A stretch of 32,000 bases of DNA, from NCBI GenBank assembly GCA_000008885.1, contig BA000021.3, positions 630,001 through 662,000 on the forward strand, written 5' to 3'. Shown piece by piece: positions 1 through 11,231 of this stretch; the first letter of the stretch is position 1; the number at the start of each line of letters is the position of its first letter. The notes beneath the pieces were generated by a model that saw nothing but the letters and a program-made list of their open reading frames with translations, did not search any database and was not told the origin of the DNA. The stretch comes from Wigglesworthia glossinidia endosymbiont of Glossina brevipalpis (GTDB taxonomy: Bacteria; Pseudomonadota; Gammaproteobacteria; Enterobacterales; Enterobacteriaceae). Position numbers and translations under genes: made by a program.

Positions 1-365
1 GGAATAGAGGTTTATCTGTAAATTCCGAAATTAATTTTGGTAAATTTGGCTTAAAAGCAATTCAAAGAGGAAGACTGACTTCGCGTCAAATAGAATCTGC
101 TAGAAGAGCTATGTCTAGGTCAATAAAACGTCAAGGAAAAATTTGGATTAGAGTGTTTCCAGATAAACCAATTACTAAAAAACCTTTAGAAGTAAGAATG
201 GGAAAAGGAAAAGGAAATGTTGAATATTGGGTTGCTTTAATACAGCCAGGTAAAATTTTGTATGAAATAGATGAAGTTTCAGAAACCATAGCTAGATATG
301 CTTTTAAATTGGCAACAGCTAAGCTTCCCATTACAACTACATTTGTTAATAAAATGGTGATGTAA
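1..365 (+). CDS. rplP: 50S ribosomal protein L16, 5'-truncated by the window edge
   Basis: The frame of the 111..365 ORF stays open upstream to position 3 and reads [61 protein letters not shown], matching L16. The listed start at 111 is internal. Confidence 0.96.
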   Translation, partial: NRGLSVNSEINFGKFGLKAIQRGRLTSRQIESARRAMSRSIKRQGKIWIRVFPDKPITKKPLEVRMGKGKGNVEYWVALIQPGKILYEIDEVSETIARYAFKLATAKLPITTTFVNKMVM

Positions 366-571
366 TGAATTTAAAAAATTTAAGAAAAAAAAACAAAAAA
401 GAACTTAACAATGAATTACTAAATTTACTACGTGAACAATTTAATTTGCGCATGCAAGCTGGAAATGGACAATTGCAACACACTCATCTTTTAAAAGAAG
501 TACGTAAAAATCTTGCTTATGTAAAAATGTTAATTAATGAAGAAAAAAAAGGTAGAAATAATAATGGGTAA
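365..571 (+). CDS. rpmC: 50S ribosomal protein L29
   Basis: 68 aa L29-like protein ([31 protein letters not shown]). It sits between rplP and rpsQ, and its ATG overlaps the rplP stop. Confidence 0.95.
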   Translation: MNLKNLRKKNKKELNNELLNLLREQFNLRMQAGNGQLQHTHLLKEVRKNLAYVKMLINEEKKGRNNNG

Positions 572-815
572 AAAAAAATTACAAATCTTAAAAGGAAGTG
601 TGATAAAAAATAAAATGCAAAAATCAATTGTTGTATCAGTAGAAAGATTTGTAAAACATCCAATTTATAAAAAATTTATGAAGAAAACAACTAAATTGCA
701 TGTTCACGATGAAAATAACTCAAGCAAAGTAGGTGATGTTGTAGAAATACAAGAATGTAGACCTATTTCTAAAACAAAATCTTGGAAACTAATAAACATT
801 AAAAAAAATAATTAA
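564..815 (+). CDS. rpsQ: 30S ribosomal protein S17
   Basis: The ORF track starts at 537, but the S17-like sequence begins at [33 protein letters not shown] (ATG at 564). Synteny supports it. Confidence 0.94.
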   Translation: MGKKKLQILKGSVIKNKMQKSIVVSVERFVKHPIYKKFMKKTTKLHVHDENNSSKVGDVVEIQECRPISKTKSWKLINIKKNN

Positions 816-828
816 TATTTATACTAAT

Positions 829-853
829 CTAATTTTTAAAATTACAAAATTAG
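829..853 (+). terminator. Weak AT-rich hairpin in the S10/spc operon gap
   Basis: ctaatttt (829-836) and aaaattag (846-853) form an 8 bp inverted repeat, followed by TA/T-rich sequence. It lies in the 105 nt rpsQ-rplN gap, which is the S10/spc operon boundary in E. coli. Confidence 0.25.
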
Positions 854-920
854 TATATATTATATATTTTATTTTATTGTTAATATATATTATATATAAA
901 AATGTTTTAAGGTAATTTAA

Positions 921-1292
921 ATGATTCAAGTACAAACTATATTGTCAGTTGCAGATAATTCTGGAGCACGTTTAGTAATGTGTATTAAAGTTTTAGGAGG
1001 CTCTCGTCGTAGATATGCTAAAATATCAGACATAATAAAAATAGCTGTTAAAGAAGCTATACCTAGAGCAAAAGTAAAAAAAGGAGAAGTTTTAAAAGCT
1101 GTTATAGTAAGAACTAAAAAAAACTTGCATAGATCAGATGGATCAGTTTTAAGATTTGATAAAAACGCTTGTGTTTTATTAAACGATAGCACAGAACAAC
1201 CAATTGGAACTCGTATTTTTGGGCCAGTTACTAGAGAGCTAAGAACTGAAAAATTTATGAAAATAATTTCTTTAGCACCAGAAGTTTTATAA
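921..1292 (+). CDS. rplN: 50S ribosomal protein L14
   Basis: [33 protein letters not shown] is an L14 signature. 123 aa, full length. Confidence 0.98.
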   Translation: MIQVQTILSVADNSGARLVMCIKVLGGSRRRYAKISDIIKIAVKEAIPRAKVKKGEVLKAVIVRTKKNLHRSDGSVLRFDKNACVLLNDSTEQPIGTRIFGPVTRELRTEKFMKIISLAPEVL

Positions 1293-1309
1293 GCTAAAAA
1301 GGAATTAAA

Positions 1310-1624
1310 ATGTCAAAAAAAATAAAATTGAATGATGAAATAATAGTTCGTGTTGGTAAGTATAAAGGAAAAACTGGTAAAATAAAGAAAATTTTTTCTG
1401 ATGGAAAAGCAATTATTGAGGGAATAAATATATCAAAAAAACATAAAAAACCAACACCTAATGAAAAACAGTCTGGAGGAATTTTTGAAAAAGAACAACC
1501 AATTAGTTTATCTAATGTAGCAATATTTAACATAGATACAAATAAACCAGATAAAGTAAAATTCAAAATAGAAAAAGGTAAAAAATATAGAATATTCAAG
1601 TCTAATGGTAAAAAAATTAAATAA
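1310..1624 (+). CDS. rplX: 50S ribosomal protein L24
   Basis: KIKLNDEIIVRVGKYKGKTGKIKKIF is a KOW-type L24 N-terminus. Conserved position between rplN and rplE. Confidence 0.97.
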   Translation: MSKKIKLNDEIIVRVGKYKGKTGKIKKIFSDGKAIIEGINISKKHKKPTPNEKQSGGIFEKEQPISLSNVAIFNIDTNKPDKVKFKIEKGKKYRIFKSNGKKIK

Positions 1625-1642
1625 ACTAATGGATAAATATAA

Positions 1643-2179
1643 ATGCAACTTTATGATTTTTATAAAAAAAATGTTTTAATAAAGTTAAAGAATAAATTTA
1701 ACTATAAATCTATTATGCAAGTTCCAAAAATTGAAAAAATTACATTAAATATGGGAGTTGGTAAAGCATCTTTTGATAAAAAATTATTAGAACATGCAGT
1801 TAACGACTTAACATTAATTTCTGGACAAAAGCCATATATAACAAAAGCTAAAAAATCTATAGCAAATTTTAAAATAAGACAAGGACATCCAATAGGATGT
1901 AAAGTTACTTTAAGAGGTAAATTAATGTGGTTTTTTTTTCAAAAATTAATTTGTATTGCAATACCAAGGATACGTGATTTTAGAGGTTTACCAGTAAAAT
2001 CTTTTGATGGTTTTGGAAATTATAGCTTGGGGATAAAGGAACAAATCATATTTCCAGAAATAGATTATGATAAAATTGATAAAATTAGAGGATTAGATAT
2101 TACTATAACTACAAATGCAAAATCTGACAAAGAAGGATTAGCTTTACTTTCTGCTTTTAATTTTCCATTTCGTAAATGA
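1643..2179 (+). CDS. rplE: 50S ribosomal protein L5
   Basis: [16 protein letters not shown]..., [22 protein letters not shown] and [25 protein letters not shown] are L5 motifs. Confidence 0.98.
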   Translation: MQLYDFYKKNVLIKLKNKFNYKSIMQVPKIEKITLNMGVGKASFDKKLLEHAVNDLTLISGQKPYITKAKKSIANFKIRQGHPIGCKVTLRGKLMWFFFQKLICIAIPRIRDFRGLPVKSFDGFGNYSLGIKEQIIFPEIDYDKIDKIRGLDITITTNAKSDKEGLALLSAFNFPFRK

Positions 2180-2188
2180 GGTATTATA

Positions 2189-2494
2189 GTGACACGCAAA
2201 TCTATTCAAGAAAGAGAAAAAAAAAGAATAAAATTAGCTAAAACTTTTTTAAAAAAAAGAAAAGAACTTAAAAAAATTATTTCAGATCCAAACATTGGAA
2301 ATGATATTAGATGGAATGCAGTATTAAAACTTCAATCCCTTCCAAGGGATTCTAGCTTATCTAGGCAAAGAAACAGGTGTAGCCAAACATCTAGACCTCA
2401 TGCCTTTTTAAGAAAATTTGGACTTAGTAGGATAAAATTAAGAGAAGCAGCCATGAGGGGAGAAATTCCAGGGCTAAGAAAATCTAGCTGGTAA
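2189..2494 (+). CDS. rpsN: 30S ribosomal protein S14 (GTG start)
   Basis: [51 protein letters not shown] matches S14. The start codon is GTG at 2189. Confidence 0.97.
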   Translation: MTRKSIQEREKKRIKLAKTFLKKRKELKKIISDPNIGNDIRWNAVLKLQSLPRDSSLSRQRNRCSQTSRPHAFLRKFGLSRIKLREAAMRGEIPGLRKSSW

Positions 2495-2513
2495 TTTGTA
2501 TAGGAGAAATAAT

Positions 2514-2906
2514 ATGAGCATGCAAGATCCAATTTCAGACATGATAACACGTATTAGAAACGGACAATCTGCAAAAAAAGAATTAATTTCTATGCCTTAT
2601 TCTAATTTAAAAAAATCAATTGCTAATTTATTAAAAGAAGAAGGTTTTATATTAGATTATAAAGTAGAAGATAATAAAAAACCTACTTTAAAATTAAATT
2701 TAAAATATTTTAAAAACAACCCAGTTATAGAAAAAATTAAAAGGATTAGCAGGCCAGGTTTAAGAATTTATAAAAAAAGAAAACATTTACCAAATGTAAT
2801 GTCAGGAATGGGAATAGCAATTGTTTCTACATCAAGAGGTATTATGACTGACAAATTAGCTAGAACTTATAATCTTGGCGGAGAAATCATTTGTTATGTA
2901 GAATAA
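2514..2906 (+). CDS. rpsH: 30S ribosomal protein S8
   Basis: The track ORF begins at 2496, but the homologous N-terminus [18 protein letters not shown] starts at the ATG at 2514, preceded by an aggag Shine-Dalgarno (SD) sequence. Confidence 0.96.
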   Translation: MSMQDPISDMITRIRNGQSAKKELISMPYSNLKKSIANLLKEEGFILDYKVEDNKKPTLKLNLKYFKNNPVIEKIKRISRPGLRIYKKRKHLPNVMSGMGIAIVSTSRGIMTDKLARTYNLGGEIICYVE

Positions 2907-2925
2907 ATTATATTGGAGAATAAAT

Positions 2926-3462
2926 ATGTCTCGTATTGCAAGATTACCTATTTTTATACCAAAATCAGTAAAAGTAAAAATTTTAAAAAAAAACATTATA
3001 ATTATTGGACAATACGGGGAAATAAATCAATTAATTAATAAAAATATTAATATAAAAGTTAATAACAACAACATAATTATTTCTCCTTTTAAAGAAAATT
3101 GCAATAAATTATGGGCTATAGCTGGAACTATGAGATCAATAATAAATAATATGATTATAGGAGTTACAAAAAAATTTACTAAAAAATTAATTATAACTGG
3201 AGTGGGATATCGTGCTAATATATCTCAAAAAGTTCTTATTATGTCTTTAGGTTTTTCTCATCAAATAAAAATTAAAATACCAGAAGCAATATTTGCTGAA
3301 TGTACAAATTCAAACGAAATAATATTATCTAGCGTAGACAAGCAAAAAATAGGACAATTTGCAGCAAATATAAGAAATTATAAAATATCTGATCCATATA
3401 AAGGCAAGGGTATTCGTTATTCATATGAAATTATCAAAATAAAAGAAACAAAGAAAAAATAA
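2926..3462 (+). CDS. rplF: 50S ribosomal protein L6
   Basis: MSRIARLPIFIPKSVKV...; GVGYRANISQ; DPYKGKGIRY. L6 family, in spc operon order. Confidence 0.97.
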   Translation: MSRIARLPIFIPKSVKVKILKKNIIIIGQYGEINQLINKNINIKVNNNNIIISPFKENCNKLWAIAGTMRSIINNMIIGVTKKFTKKLIITGVGYRANISQKVLIMSLGFSHQIKIKIPEAIFAECTNSNEIILSSVDKQKIGQFAANIRNYKISDPYKGKGIRYSYEIIKIKETKKK

Positions 3463-3465
3463 AAA

Positions 3466-3819
3466 ATGAAAAAAAAATTATCTAGAATCATAAGAGCCAC
3501 TAGAACAAGAAAAAGAATTAGATCTTTAGAAATTGAAAGATTAGTTGTTTATAGAACATCAAAGCATGTTTATGCACAAATTATATCTTCAGATTGTTCT
3601 AATGTTTTAGCATCAGCTTCTACTTTAGAAAAAAAAATATCAAATAAAGTAAATTTTACTGGAAATAAAAAAGCTGCTTTATTAGTTGGAAAAAAAATTG
3701 CAGAAAGAGCTTTGAAAAAAAATATAAAAAAAATAGCTTTTGATCGTTCTGGATTTAAATATCATGGTCGTATTAAAGAATTAGCAGAGTCTGCTAGAAA
3801 ATTTGGATTAAATTTTTAG
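3466..3819 (+). CDS. rplR: 50S ribosomal protein L18
   Basis: [17 protein letters not shown]...[28 protein letters not shown] matches L18. Confidence 0.97.
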
Positions 3820-3837
3820 AATATCAAGGTTAATAGC

Positions 3838-4338
3838 ATGGTAAATTTTGAAAAAAATATAAACGAACTACAAGAAAAATTAATATCAGTGAACAGAGTA
3901 TCAAAAACAGTAAAAGGTGGAAGAATATTTAGTTTTACTGCTTTAACTGTAGTAGGAGATTGTCAAGGTAAAATAGGTTTTGGTTATGGAAAATCAAAAG
4001 AAGTTCCATTGGCAATTCAGAAAGCAATGGATAAAGCAAGAAAAAATATGATAATTATTCCAATTGTATGTAAAACTTTACAACATGAAATTAATGGATA
4101 TCATACAGGATCTCGCGTATTCATGAAACCAGCATCAGAAGGAACTGGAATAATAGCAGGTGGAGCTATGAGAGCAGTATTAGAAGTAGCTGGAGTACAT
4201 AACGTTTTAGCTAAAGTATATGGGTCTACTAATCCAATTAATGTAGTAAGAGCAACGGTTAATGCATTAAAAAAAATGAGATTTCCAATGCATATTGCTG
4301 AAAAACGTGGAAAATCTATTGATGATATTTTAGGATAA
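3838..4338 (+). CDS. rpsE: 30S ribosomal protein S5
   Basis: [51 protein letters not shown] and [38 protein letters not shown] match S5. Confidence 0.98.
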   Translation: MVNFEKNINELQEKLISVNRVSKTVKGGRIFSFTALTVVGDCQGKIGFGYGKSKEVPLAIQKAMDKARKNMIIIPIVCKTLQHEINGYHTGSRVFMKPASEGTGIIAGGAMRAVLEVAGVHNVLAKVYGSTNPINVVRATVNALKKMRFPMHIAEKRGKSIDDILG

Positions 4339-4348
4339 ATTTTATATT

Positions 4349-4525
4349 ATGAATAAATTAAAAATAACTCAAATAAAAAGCTCTATTGGATGCTTGAAAA
4401 AACATAAATCAACTTTATATGGATTAGGATTACGACATATTGGACATACTGTAATAAGACAAAATTCACCAAGATTATTAGGAATGATAAACTCTATTTC
4501 ATATTTAGTAAAAATAAAGGACTAA
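4349..4525 (+). CDS. rpmD: 50S ribosomal protein L30 (not in the ORF track)
   Basis: Direct translation from ATG 4349 gives 58 aa: [58 protein letters not shown]. This is L30-like and located between rpsE and rplO. Confidence 0.94.
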   Translation: MNKLKITQIKSSIGCLKKHKSTLYGLGLRHIGHTVIRQNSPRLLGMINSISYLVKIKD

Positions 4526-4528
4526 AAA

Positions 4529-4963
4529 ATGTATTTAAATACTATTTCGCCTATGAAAAAATCTAATCATTCTTCTAAAAGAAAAGGAAGAGGAATAGGT
4601 TCTGGAAAAGGGAAAACTAGTGGACGCGGACATAAGGGTCAAAGATCAAGATCTGGAGGAAAAGTTCGACGTGGATTTGAAGGAGGCCAAATGCCTTTAT
4701 ATAGAAGGTTGCCAAAATTTGGACATAATAAATCTAAAAAATCCTTTTTTAAAAAGGAAATTAAATTATCTGAATTTATGAAAATAAAAGACTCATTTAT
4801 TGATTTAATTGTTTTGAAAAAAAATAAAATAATAAATTCAAAAATAAAAATAGTTAAAATAATTTTTTCTAAAAATTTTAATAAAAAAATAAATATAAAA
4901 AATTTAAAAGTTAGTAAAAATGCAAAAAAAGAAATAGAATTTTTTGGTGGAACAATTAATTAA
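4529..4963 (+). CDS. rplO: 50S ribosomal protein L15
   Basis: [56 protein letters not shown] matches L15. Confidence 0.97.
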   Translation: MYLNTISPMKKSNHSSKRKGRGIGSGKGKTSGRGHKGQRSRSGGKVRRGFEGGQMPLYRRLPKFGHNKSKKSFFKKEIKLSEFMKIKDSFIDLIVLKKNKIINSKIKIVKIIFSKNFNKKINIKNLKVSKNAKKEIEFFGGTIN

Positions 4964-6312
4964 TGAATAATATTTTAAACTATAAAAAAAAATCAAAAAA
5001 AATTTTAAATAAAAGCAAAGAAAATTTATTTGAATTAAAAGATAGAATAATATTTGTAATTATAGCTCTAATTGTATTTCGTATTGGCTCTTTTATACCT
5101 ATTCCAGGAATAGATACTATATTGTTGTCTAATCTTATAGCACAACAAAAAGGTACAATTATAGAAATGTTTAATATGTTTTCTGGAGGTGCTCTGAGCA
5201 GAGCTTCAATATTTTCTTTGGGTATAATGCCTCATATTTCTGCTTCTATAATAATTCAATTATTAACTATAATACATCCAAAGCTTTCTGAAATTAAAAA
5301 AGATGGAGAATTTGGAAGGAGAAAAATAAATAAATATACTAGATATGGGACTCTTTTTTTAGCAATTATACAATCTATAAGTATTTCTATTAGTTTGCCT
5401 AACATGCCAGGAATGCAAGAATTAATAATAAATAAAGGAATAGAGTTTTATATTACTACAATAACTAGCTTAGTCACAGGAACAATATTCTTGATGTGGC
5501 TAGGAGAACAAATTACTTCTAGGGGCATAGGAAATGGAATTTCAATTTTAATATTTTCTGGAATTATAGCTGGTTTGCCAATAGAAGTTATAAAATCAAT
5601 AGAACAAGCAAGACAGGGAAATTTAAATATTATAACAGTATTAATTTCTATAATATTAGTTTTTGTAATTACTTATTTCGTAGTTTTCATTGAAAGAGGG
5701 CAACGCAGAGTAATTGTAAATTATGCAATGAGACAAAAAGGAAGAAAAATATATGCTGCTCAAATTACTCATTTACCTTTAAAGGTGAATATGTCTGGAG
5801 TTATTCCAGCTATTTTTGCTTCTAGTTTGATTTTATTTCCAGCTACTATAGCTTCCTGGTTCGGAGAAGGAATTGGAGTTAAGTGGATGTCTAAAATTCC
5901 TTATTACTTAGAGCCAGGAACTTTTTCTTACTCTATTTTATATGCTAGTGCTATTATGTTTTTCTGTTTCTTTTATACTTCATTGGTATTTAATTCAAAA
6001 GATACAGCAGATAATTTAAAAAAGTCTGGAGCATTTATATCTGGTATTAGACCAGGAATCAAAACTTCTCAATATATTAACAAAATTATGATGAATCTTA
6101 CTTTGATAGGAGCAACATATATTGCTTTGATTTGTCTGATGCCTGATTTTTTTAGAGTATTTATAAAATCTCCATTTCATTTCGGAGGAACATCACTATT
6201 AATTGTAGTGGTTGTTACTATAGATTTTATGACACAAATACAAACTATAATAATGTCTAGCCAATATAGTTCTGCTTTAAAAAAAGCAAATTTAAAAAAT
6301 TCTAATAGATAA
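4963..6312 (+). CDS. secY: Protein translocase subunit SecY
   Basis: 449 aa multi-TM protein with [44 protein letters not shown] and [17 protein letters not shown]. The ATG overlaps the rplO stop. Confidence 0.98.
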   Translation: MNNILNYKKKSKKILNKSKENLFELKDRIIFVIIALIVFRIGSFIPIPGIDTILLSNLIAQQKGTIIEMFNMFSGGALSRASIFSLGIMPHISASIIIQLLTIIHPKLSEIKKDGEFGRRKINKYTRYGTLFLAIIQSISISISLPNMPGMQELIINKGIEFYITTITSLVTGTIFLMWLGEQITSRGIGNGISILIFSGIIAGLPIEVIKSIEQARQGNLNIITVLISIILVFVITYFVVFIERGQRRVIVNYAMRQKGRKIYAAQITHLPLKVNMSGVIPAIFASSLILFPATIASWFGEGIGVKWMSKIPYYLEPGTFSYSILYASAIMFFCFFYTSLVFNSKDTADNLKKSGAFISGIRPGIKTSQYINKIMMNLTLIGATYIALICLMPDFFRVFIKSPFHFGGTSLLIVVVVTIDFMTQIQTIIMSSQYSSALKKANLKNSNR

Positions 6313-6329
6313 AAATTTGGAGAGTAAAT

Positions 6330-6446
6330 GTGAAAGTTCGTACTTCTGTAAGAAAATTATGTAGAAATTGTAAAATTGTTAAACGCAATAGAGTTATAAG
6401 AGTATTATGTAGTGTGGACGCAAAGCATAAGCAAAGACAGGGATAA
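6330..6446 (+). CDS. rpmJ: 50S ribosomal protein L36 (not in the ORF track, GTG start)
   Basis: Translation from GTG 6330 gives [38 protein letters not shown] (38 aa). It has the conserved CRNC...C...H zinc pattern and an upstream ggagag SD. Confidence 0.95.
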   Translation: MKVRTSVRKLCRNCKIVKRNRVIRVLCSVDAKHKQRQG

Positions 6447-6556
6447 AATAATTAAAAATTTTATAACTTATATAGATTAAAACTTTAAATTTTAGTATAA
6501 TAAAAAAAATTTAAAATAAAATTTATTTATTAAATAAATATTGGAGAAATAAATAT

Positions 6557-6913
6557 TTGACTCGTATAGCAGGGGTTAATATACCAGAAAAAAAACATAT
6601 AGTAATAGCATTAAAAAAAATTTATGGAATAGGCAATGTTTTAGCAAGAAAAATATGTAAAAAAACAGGAATAAATTTTAGTAAAAAAGTTAATTCGTTA
6701 GACTCTTCAGAAATAGAGCTAATAAGAAATGAAGTTTTGAAATTAAAAATAGAAGGTGATTTACGTAGAGAAATGACTTTAAATATTAAAAGATTAATAG
6801 ATCTTGGAACATATCGTGGATTACGTCACAAGAAACATCTTCCTGTTAGAGGACAAAGAACAAAAACAAATGCTAGAACTAGAAAAGGACCAAGAAAACC
6901 AATAAAAAAATAA
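6557..6913 (+). CDS. rpsM: 30S ribosomal protein S13 (apparent TTG start)
   Basis: [38 protein letters not shown]...[34 protein letters not shown]-like S13 sequence. TTG at 6557 with ggag at 6543-6546 and no in-frame ATG at the expected N-terminus. Confidence 0.96.
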   Translation: MTRIAGVNIPEKKHIVIALKKIYGIGNVLARKICKKTGINFSKKVNSLDSSEIELIRNEVLKLKIEGDLRREMTLNIKRLIDLGTYRGLRHKKHLPVRGQRTKTNARTRKGPRKPIKK

Positions 6914-6931
6914 TATTTTGGAATTATTAAT

Positions 6932-7327
6932 ATGTCTAAAAAACAAAATTCTAGTATTTCTAGAAAAAAAATTAAAAGGCAAATTTTAGAAGGAATAGCA
7001 CATATTCATGCATCATTTAATAATACTATTGTTACTATAACAGATCGTCAAGGAAATACATTAGGTTGGGCTACATCTGGAGGATCTGGGTTTCGTGGTT
7101 CTAGAAAATCCACGCCTTTTGCCGCACAAGTTGCTGCGGAAAAATGTTCTGAAATAGCAAAAGAATATGGAATAAAAAATTTGGAAATAATGGTAAAAGG
7201 GCCAGGGCCAGGAAGAGAATCTACAATAAGAGCTTTAAATTCATCTGGGTTTAAAATCACCAATATTACTGATGTAACTCCTATACCACATAATGGATGC
7301 AGACCTCCAAAAAGAAGAAGAGTTTAA
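6932..7327 (+). CDS. rpsK: 30S ribosomal protein S11
   Basis: [49 protein letters not shown]...[20 protein letters not shown] matches S11. Confidence 0.98.
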   Translation: MSKKQNSSISRKKIKRQILEGIAHIHASFNNTIVTITDRQGNTLGWATSGGSGFRGSRKSTPFAAQVAAEKCSEIAKEYGIKNLEIMVKGPGPGRESTIRALNSSGFKITNITDVTPIPHNGCRPPKRRRV

Positions 7328-7349
7328 TTTATATTTTATAGAGATAAAA

Positions 7350-7970
7350 ATGGCAAAATATTTAGGACCTAAATTAAAATTAAGTCGTAGAGAAGGAACA
7401 GATTTGTTTTTGAAATCTGGAGTTCGTGCAATAGAGTCTAAATGTAAAATAGATCATCTACCAGGACAACATGGATCAAGAAGATCTAGGCTATCTGATT
7501 ATGGAATACAACTAAGAGAAAAACAAAAATTAAGAAGAATGTACGTAATACTGGAAAGACAATTTAAAAAATATTATAAAAAAGCAGTTAGAATGAAAGG
7601 AAATACTGGAGAGAACCTTTTAATTCTTTTAGAAAGCAGATTAGATAATGTAGTATATCGTATGGGTTTTGGGTCTACCAGGTTAGAATCTCGTCAATTA
7701 ATATCTCATAAATCAATCATTATAAATAAAAAAGTAATTAATATTCCTTCGTATCAAATAAAACCTAATGATTGTATAGAAGTCAAAGAAATTGCAAAAA
7801 AACAATCTAGAATCAAAGCCGCTATAGAAATTTCAGAACAAAGAGAAAAACAATCCTGGATTGATGTAGATCGAGTTAAAATGCAAGGAATATTTAAAAA
7901 ATTTCCTGATCGTTCTGATCTCTCTTCAGAGATAAACGAACATTTAATTATTGAACTTTATTCAAAGTAA
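7350..7970 (+). CDS. rpsD: 30S ribosomal protein S4
   Basis: The S4 N-terminus [24 protein letters not shown] starts at ATG 7350. The track start at 7293 adds a non-homologous extension overlapping rpsK. Confidence 0.97.
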   Translation: MAKYLGPKLKLSRREGTDLFLKSGVRAIESKCKIDHLPGQHGSRRSRLSDYGIQLREKQKLRRMYVILERQFKKYYKKAVRMKGNTGENLLILLESRLDNVVYRMGFGSTRLESRQLISHKSIIINKKVINIPSYQIKPNDCIEVKEIAKKQSRIKAAIEISEQREKQSWIDVDRVKMQGIFKKFPDRSDLSSEINEHLIIELYSK

Positions 7971-7999
7971 ACTAATATTAGTGTTAAGAAGAAAATATT

Positions 8000-8986
8000 A
8001 TGCACAATTCAGCTACTGAGTTTCTTAAACCAAGGTTAGTAGATATTGAACAAATTAGCAAAACTCATGCCAAAATAACTTTAGAACCCCTAGAAAGGGG
8101 ATTTGGTCATACACTAGGAAATGCTCTTAGAAGAATATTGCTTTCTTCTATGCCAGGATATGCGGTTACAGAAGTAGAAATTGATGGAATATTACATGAA
8201 TATAGCTCCAAGGAAGGAGTTCAAGAAGATATAGTAGAAATACTATTAAATTTAAAAGAATTAGCACTAATAATAAAAGGAAAAGATATTGCAGTTTTAT
8301 CTTTGTTTAAATCTGGAATTGGAAAGGTTACAGCTTCTGATATAATCCATGATGGAAACGTAGAAATCTGCCATCCAGAACACGTTTTATGTAATTTAAC
8401 CCATGAAAATTCATCAATTAACATGAGAATAAAAGTACAAAAAGGAAGAGGGTATGTCCCAGCTATTTCTAGGATGCATATAGAAGATCGTCCGATAGGA
8501 CGATTATTATTAGATGCCTGTTATAGCCCAATAGAAAGAATTTCTTATAACGTAGAAGCTGCTAGAGTAGAACAAAGGACGGATTTAGATAAATTAATAA
8601 TTGAAATGGAAACTAATGGAACAATAGATCCAGAATCAGCAATTAGAAGAGCAGCAACAATTTTGTCAGAGCAATTAGAAGCATTTATCGATCTAAGAGA
8701 TATAAGAAAACCAGAAATAAAAGAAGAAAAACCAGAATTTGATCCAGTTTTGCTTAGACCTGTAGATGATTTAGAACTAACTGTGAGATCCGCTAATTGC
8801 CTTAAAGCAGAATCTATACATTATATAGGAGATTTAGTTCAAAGAACAGAAGTAGAATTATTAAAAACTCCTAATTTAGGAAAAAAATCACTTACAGAAA
8901 TAAAAGATGTTCTTTCTACTAGAAATTTAACTCTTGGGATGAGAATAGAAAACTGGCCTCCGGTAAGTATTTTAAAAAATGATTAA
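8000..8986 (+). CDS. rpoA: DNA-directed RNA polymerase subunit alpha
   Basis: [12 protein letters not shown]...[42 protein letters not shown] and the alpha-[41 protein letters not shown]. Confidence 0.99.
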   Translation: MHNSATEFLKPRLVDIEQISKTHAKITLEPLERGFGHTLGNALRRILLSSMPGYAVTEVEIDGILHEYSSKEGVQEDIVEILLNLKELALIIKGKDIAVLSLFKSGIGKVTASDIIHDGNVEICHPEHVLCNLTHENSSINMRIKVQKGRGYVPAISRMHIEDRPIGRLLLDACYSPIERISYNVEAARVEQRTDLDKLIIEMETNGTIDPESAIRRAATILSEQLEAFIDLRDIRKPEIKEEKPEFDPVLLRPVDDLELTVRSANCLKAESIHYIGDLVQRTEVELLKTPNLGKKSLTEIKDVLSTRNLTLGMRIENWPPVSILKND

Positions 8987-8998
8987 TAAAGGTAAAAT

Positions 8999-9367
8999 AT
9001 GCGTCATAGAAATACAGGTCGTTATTTAGGTCGTAATTCTAGTCATAGAGATTCTATGTTAAAAAATATGATTATTTCTTTGATAAGATATGAAATTATT
9101 CATACAACTTTACAAAAAGCTAAAGAACTACGTAAAATTTTAGAACCATTAATCACTATTTCTAAAATTAATTCTATTTCTAACAGAAGAAATATTTATT
9201 CTAAAATTCGAAACAATGAAATTATACATAAATTATTTAACGATATAGGACCTAGATTTTTAAAAAAAAATGGGGGATATTTATCCATATTAAAATCTGG
9301 ATATAGAAAAGGAGATAATGCCTATATGGCATATATTAAATTTACTAATACTAAAAAAAATATATAA
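8999..9367 (+). CDS. rplQ: 50S ribosomal protein L17
   Basis: MRHRNTGRYLGRNSSHRDSMLKNMIISLIRYEIIHTTLQKAKELRKILEPLIT matches L17. Confidence 0.97.
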   Translation: MRHRNTGRYLGRNSSHRDSMLKNMIISLIRYEIIHTTLQKAKELRKILEPLITISKINSISNRRNIYSKIRNNEIIHKLFNDIGPRFLKKNGGYLSILKSGYRKGDNAYMAYIKFTNTKKNI

Positions 9368-9482
9368 TATTTATATTTTTTTTAAAAACTAATTTTAAAT
9401 TTTCATATCATTCTTTTATAAGATTTTGTAAAATATTTCAAGCTAACTAATATAATTGTACGTAATATAATTGGATAATAAT

Positions 9483-9911
9483 ATGAAAATAGAACAAACT
9501 TTGTCTATAATAAAACCAAACATTATTTCTAATAATTTTATTGGAAATATTATTAATAGATTAGAACAAGCTAAATTATATATTATAGCTTCTAAAATGA
9601 TTAAGCTTTCTTGGAAAGAAGCGGTATCTTTTTATATTGAACATAAAAATAAATCTTTTTTTTCTGATTTAATAAATTTTATGATTTCTCATCCAATAAT
9701 AGTTCAAATATTAGAGGGAGAAAATGCAATTAAAAGAAACAGAGAAATTATGGGTAATACAAATCCAAAAATTGCTTTAGCAGGAACATTAAGATCTGAT
9801 TTTTCAAATGATATTATAAAAAATGGAGTTCATGGATCAGATTCTGAAGAATCTGCAGATAGAGAGATTAAATTTTTTTTCAAAAAAGATAGAATTTTTT
9901 CTAGAATATAA
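9483..9911 (+). CDS. ndk: Nucleoside diphosphate kinase
   Basis: MKIEQTLSIIKPNI..., LEGENAIKRNREIMGNTNPKIALAGTLRSDFS and NGVHGSDSEESADREIKFFF (catalytic His region). ATG 9483 is preferred over the TTG at 9471. Confidence 0.95.
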   Translation: MKIEQTLSIIKPNIISNNFIGNIINRLEQAKLYIIASKMIKLSWKEAVSFYIEHKNKSFFSDLINFMISHPIIVQILEGENAIKRNREIMGNTNPKIALAGTLRSDFSNDIIKNGVHGSDSEESADREIKFFFKKDRIFSRI

Positions 9912-9964
9912 TCTTGTGTTTACCACTAATATTAACTATTAAAATTATAAATATTATCATTAAT

Positions 9965-11062
9965 ATGTTTAACAAAACAAATAAAAAAATTAATATTTTA
10001 GGTAAAACCAGAGAAGAATTATATGACTTTTTCATAAAAATAGGAGAAGAAAAATTTAGAGCAGAACAAATAATGAAATGGATTTATAAACGTTACTGTG
10101 ACGATGTAAGTTTAATGACTGATTTTAGCAAAAATTTAAAAAATAAACTAAAAAATATTATAAAAATTGATCATTTAGATATTGAATCAGAAAATATATC
10201 CCAAGATGGGACAATTAAATGGGTTTTAAAAATAAACGATCAAAATATAGAAACTGTTTATATACCAGAAATAAATAGAGCTACATTATGTATTTCATCT
10301 CAAATAGGATGTGCTTTGAATTGCAAGTTTTGTGCTACATCATATCAAGGATTTAATAGAAATTTAAATTCATATGAAATTATTAGTCAGATTTGGTATG
10401 CTATGAAAATCATTAATGATAGAAACAATTTTAAATTGAAAAAAATAACTAACATAGTAATGATGGGAATGGGAGAGCCTCTTTTAAATTTAAAAAATTT
10501 AGTTCCTGCTATAAAAATAATTTTAGATAATTATGGATTTGGTTTGTCCAAGCGTAGAATTACAATATCAACAGCTGGAATATCTCCTGTAATAAAAAAA
10601 TTAGGAAAATTAATAGATGTTAAATTGGCAATTTCATTGCATGCTCCTAATGACATTATAAGAAATAAAATCATGCCTATTAACAAAAAGTATAATATTA
10701 AATCGATTTTGTTATCTGCAAAAAAATATATTTCTACGTCAAAAGCTAATAAAGGAAAAATTTCTATAGAATATATTATGTTAAATGAAATAAACGATAA
10801 AACAGAACATGCATATCAATTAATAAATTGTTTAAAAAATATTCCATGTAAAATAAATTTAATTCCATGGAATCCTTTTCCTTATGTAAAATATAAATGT
10901 AGCAATTTTAATAAAATTAATAATTTTTATAAAATTTTAATTAAACACGGTATTACTACAACCATTAGAAAACAAAGAGGAATTGATATAAAAGCTGCAT
11001 GTGGTCAATTATCAGGCAATGTAATTAATCGGATAAACAAAAGAAATATCATCAATTTTTAA
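9965..11062 (+). CDS. rlmN: Dual-specificity 23S rRNA/tRNA adenine-C2 methyltransferase RlmN (radical SAM)
   Basis: Radical-SAM motif CALNCKFC, VVMMGMGEPLLN-like NIVMMGMGEPLLNLKN, and C-terminal DIKAACGQLSGNV. The track start at 9914 is a TTG. ATG 9965 fits the family N-terminus better. Confidence 0.95.
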   Translation: MFNKTNKKINILGKTREELYDFFIKIGEEKFRAEQIMKWIYKRYCDDVSLMTDFSKNLKNKLKNIIKIDHLDIESENISQDGTIKWVLKINDQNIETVYIPEINRATLCISSQIGCALNCKFCATSYQGFNRNLNSYEIISQIWYAMKIINDRNNFKLKKITNIVMMGMGEPLLNLKNLVPAIKIILDNYGFGLSKRRITISTAGISPVIKKLGKLIDVKLAISLHAPNDIIRNKIMPINKKYNIKSILLSAKKYISTSKANKGKISIEYIMLNEINDKTEHAYQLINCLKNIPCKINLIPWNPFPYVKYKCSNFNKINNFYKILIKHGITTTIRKQRGIDIKAACGQLSGNVINRINKRNIINF

Positions 11063-11231
11063 ATTTAAATTAATTAACAATAGTATATAAATAATAAATA
11101 TGATAATTTATTTATAAAAGTATTTATTAAATATTTAATTAAGAATAATAAAAAATTTAAATTTAATATTCATTAAATAATTAATTTCATTAAATTTTAA
11201 AAAATAAAATATAACAAATGATATTAAAGAT

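Noticed and set aside
926-1599. Antisense ORFs opposite rplN and rplX
   Set aside because: These are shadow ORFs opposite conserved ribosomal protein genes, with no independent evidence. The same reasoning applies to 131..331, 7048..7263 and 8221..8424.
7293-7349. Upstream extension of rpsD overlapping rpsK ([19 protein letters not shown])
   Set aside because: The S4 family N-terminus begins at MAKYLGPK (ATG 7350). The extension is just the open frame through the rpsK end.
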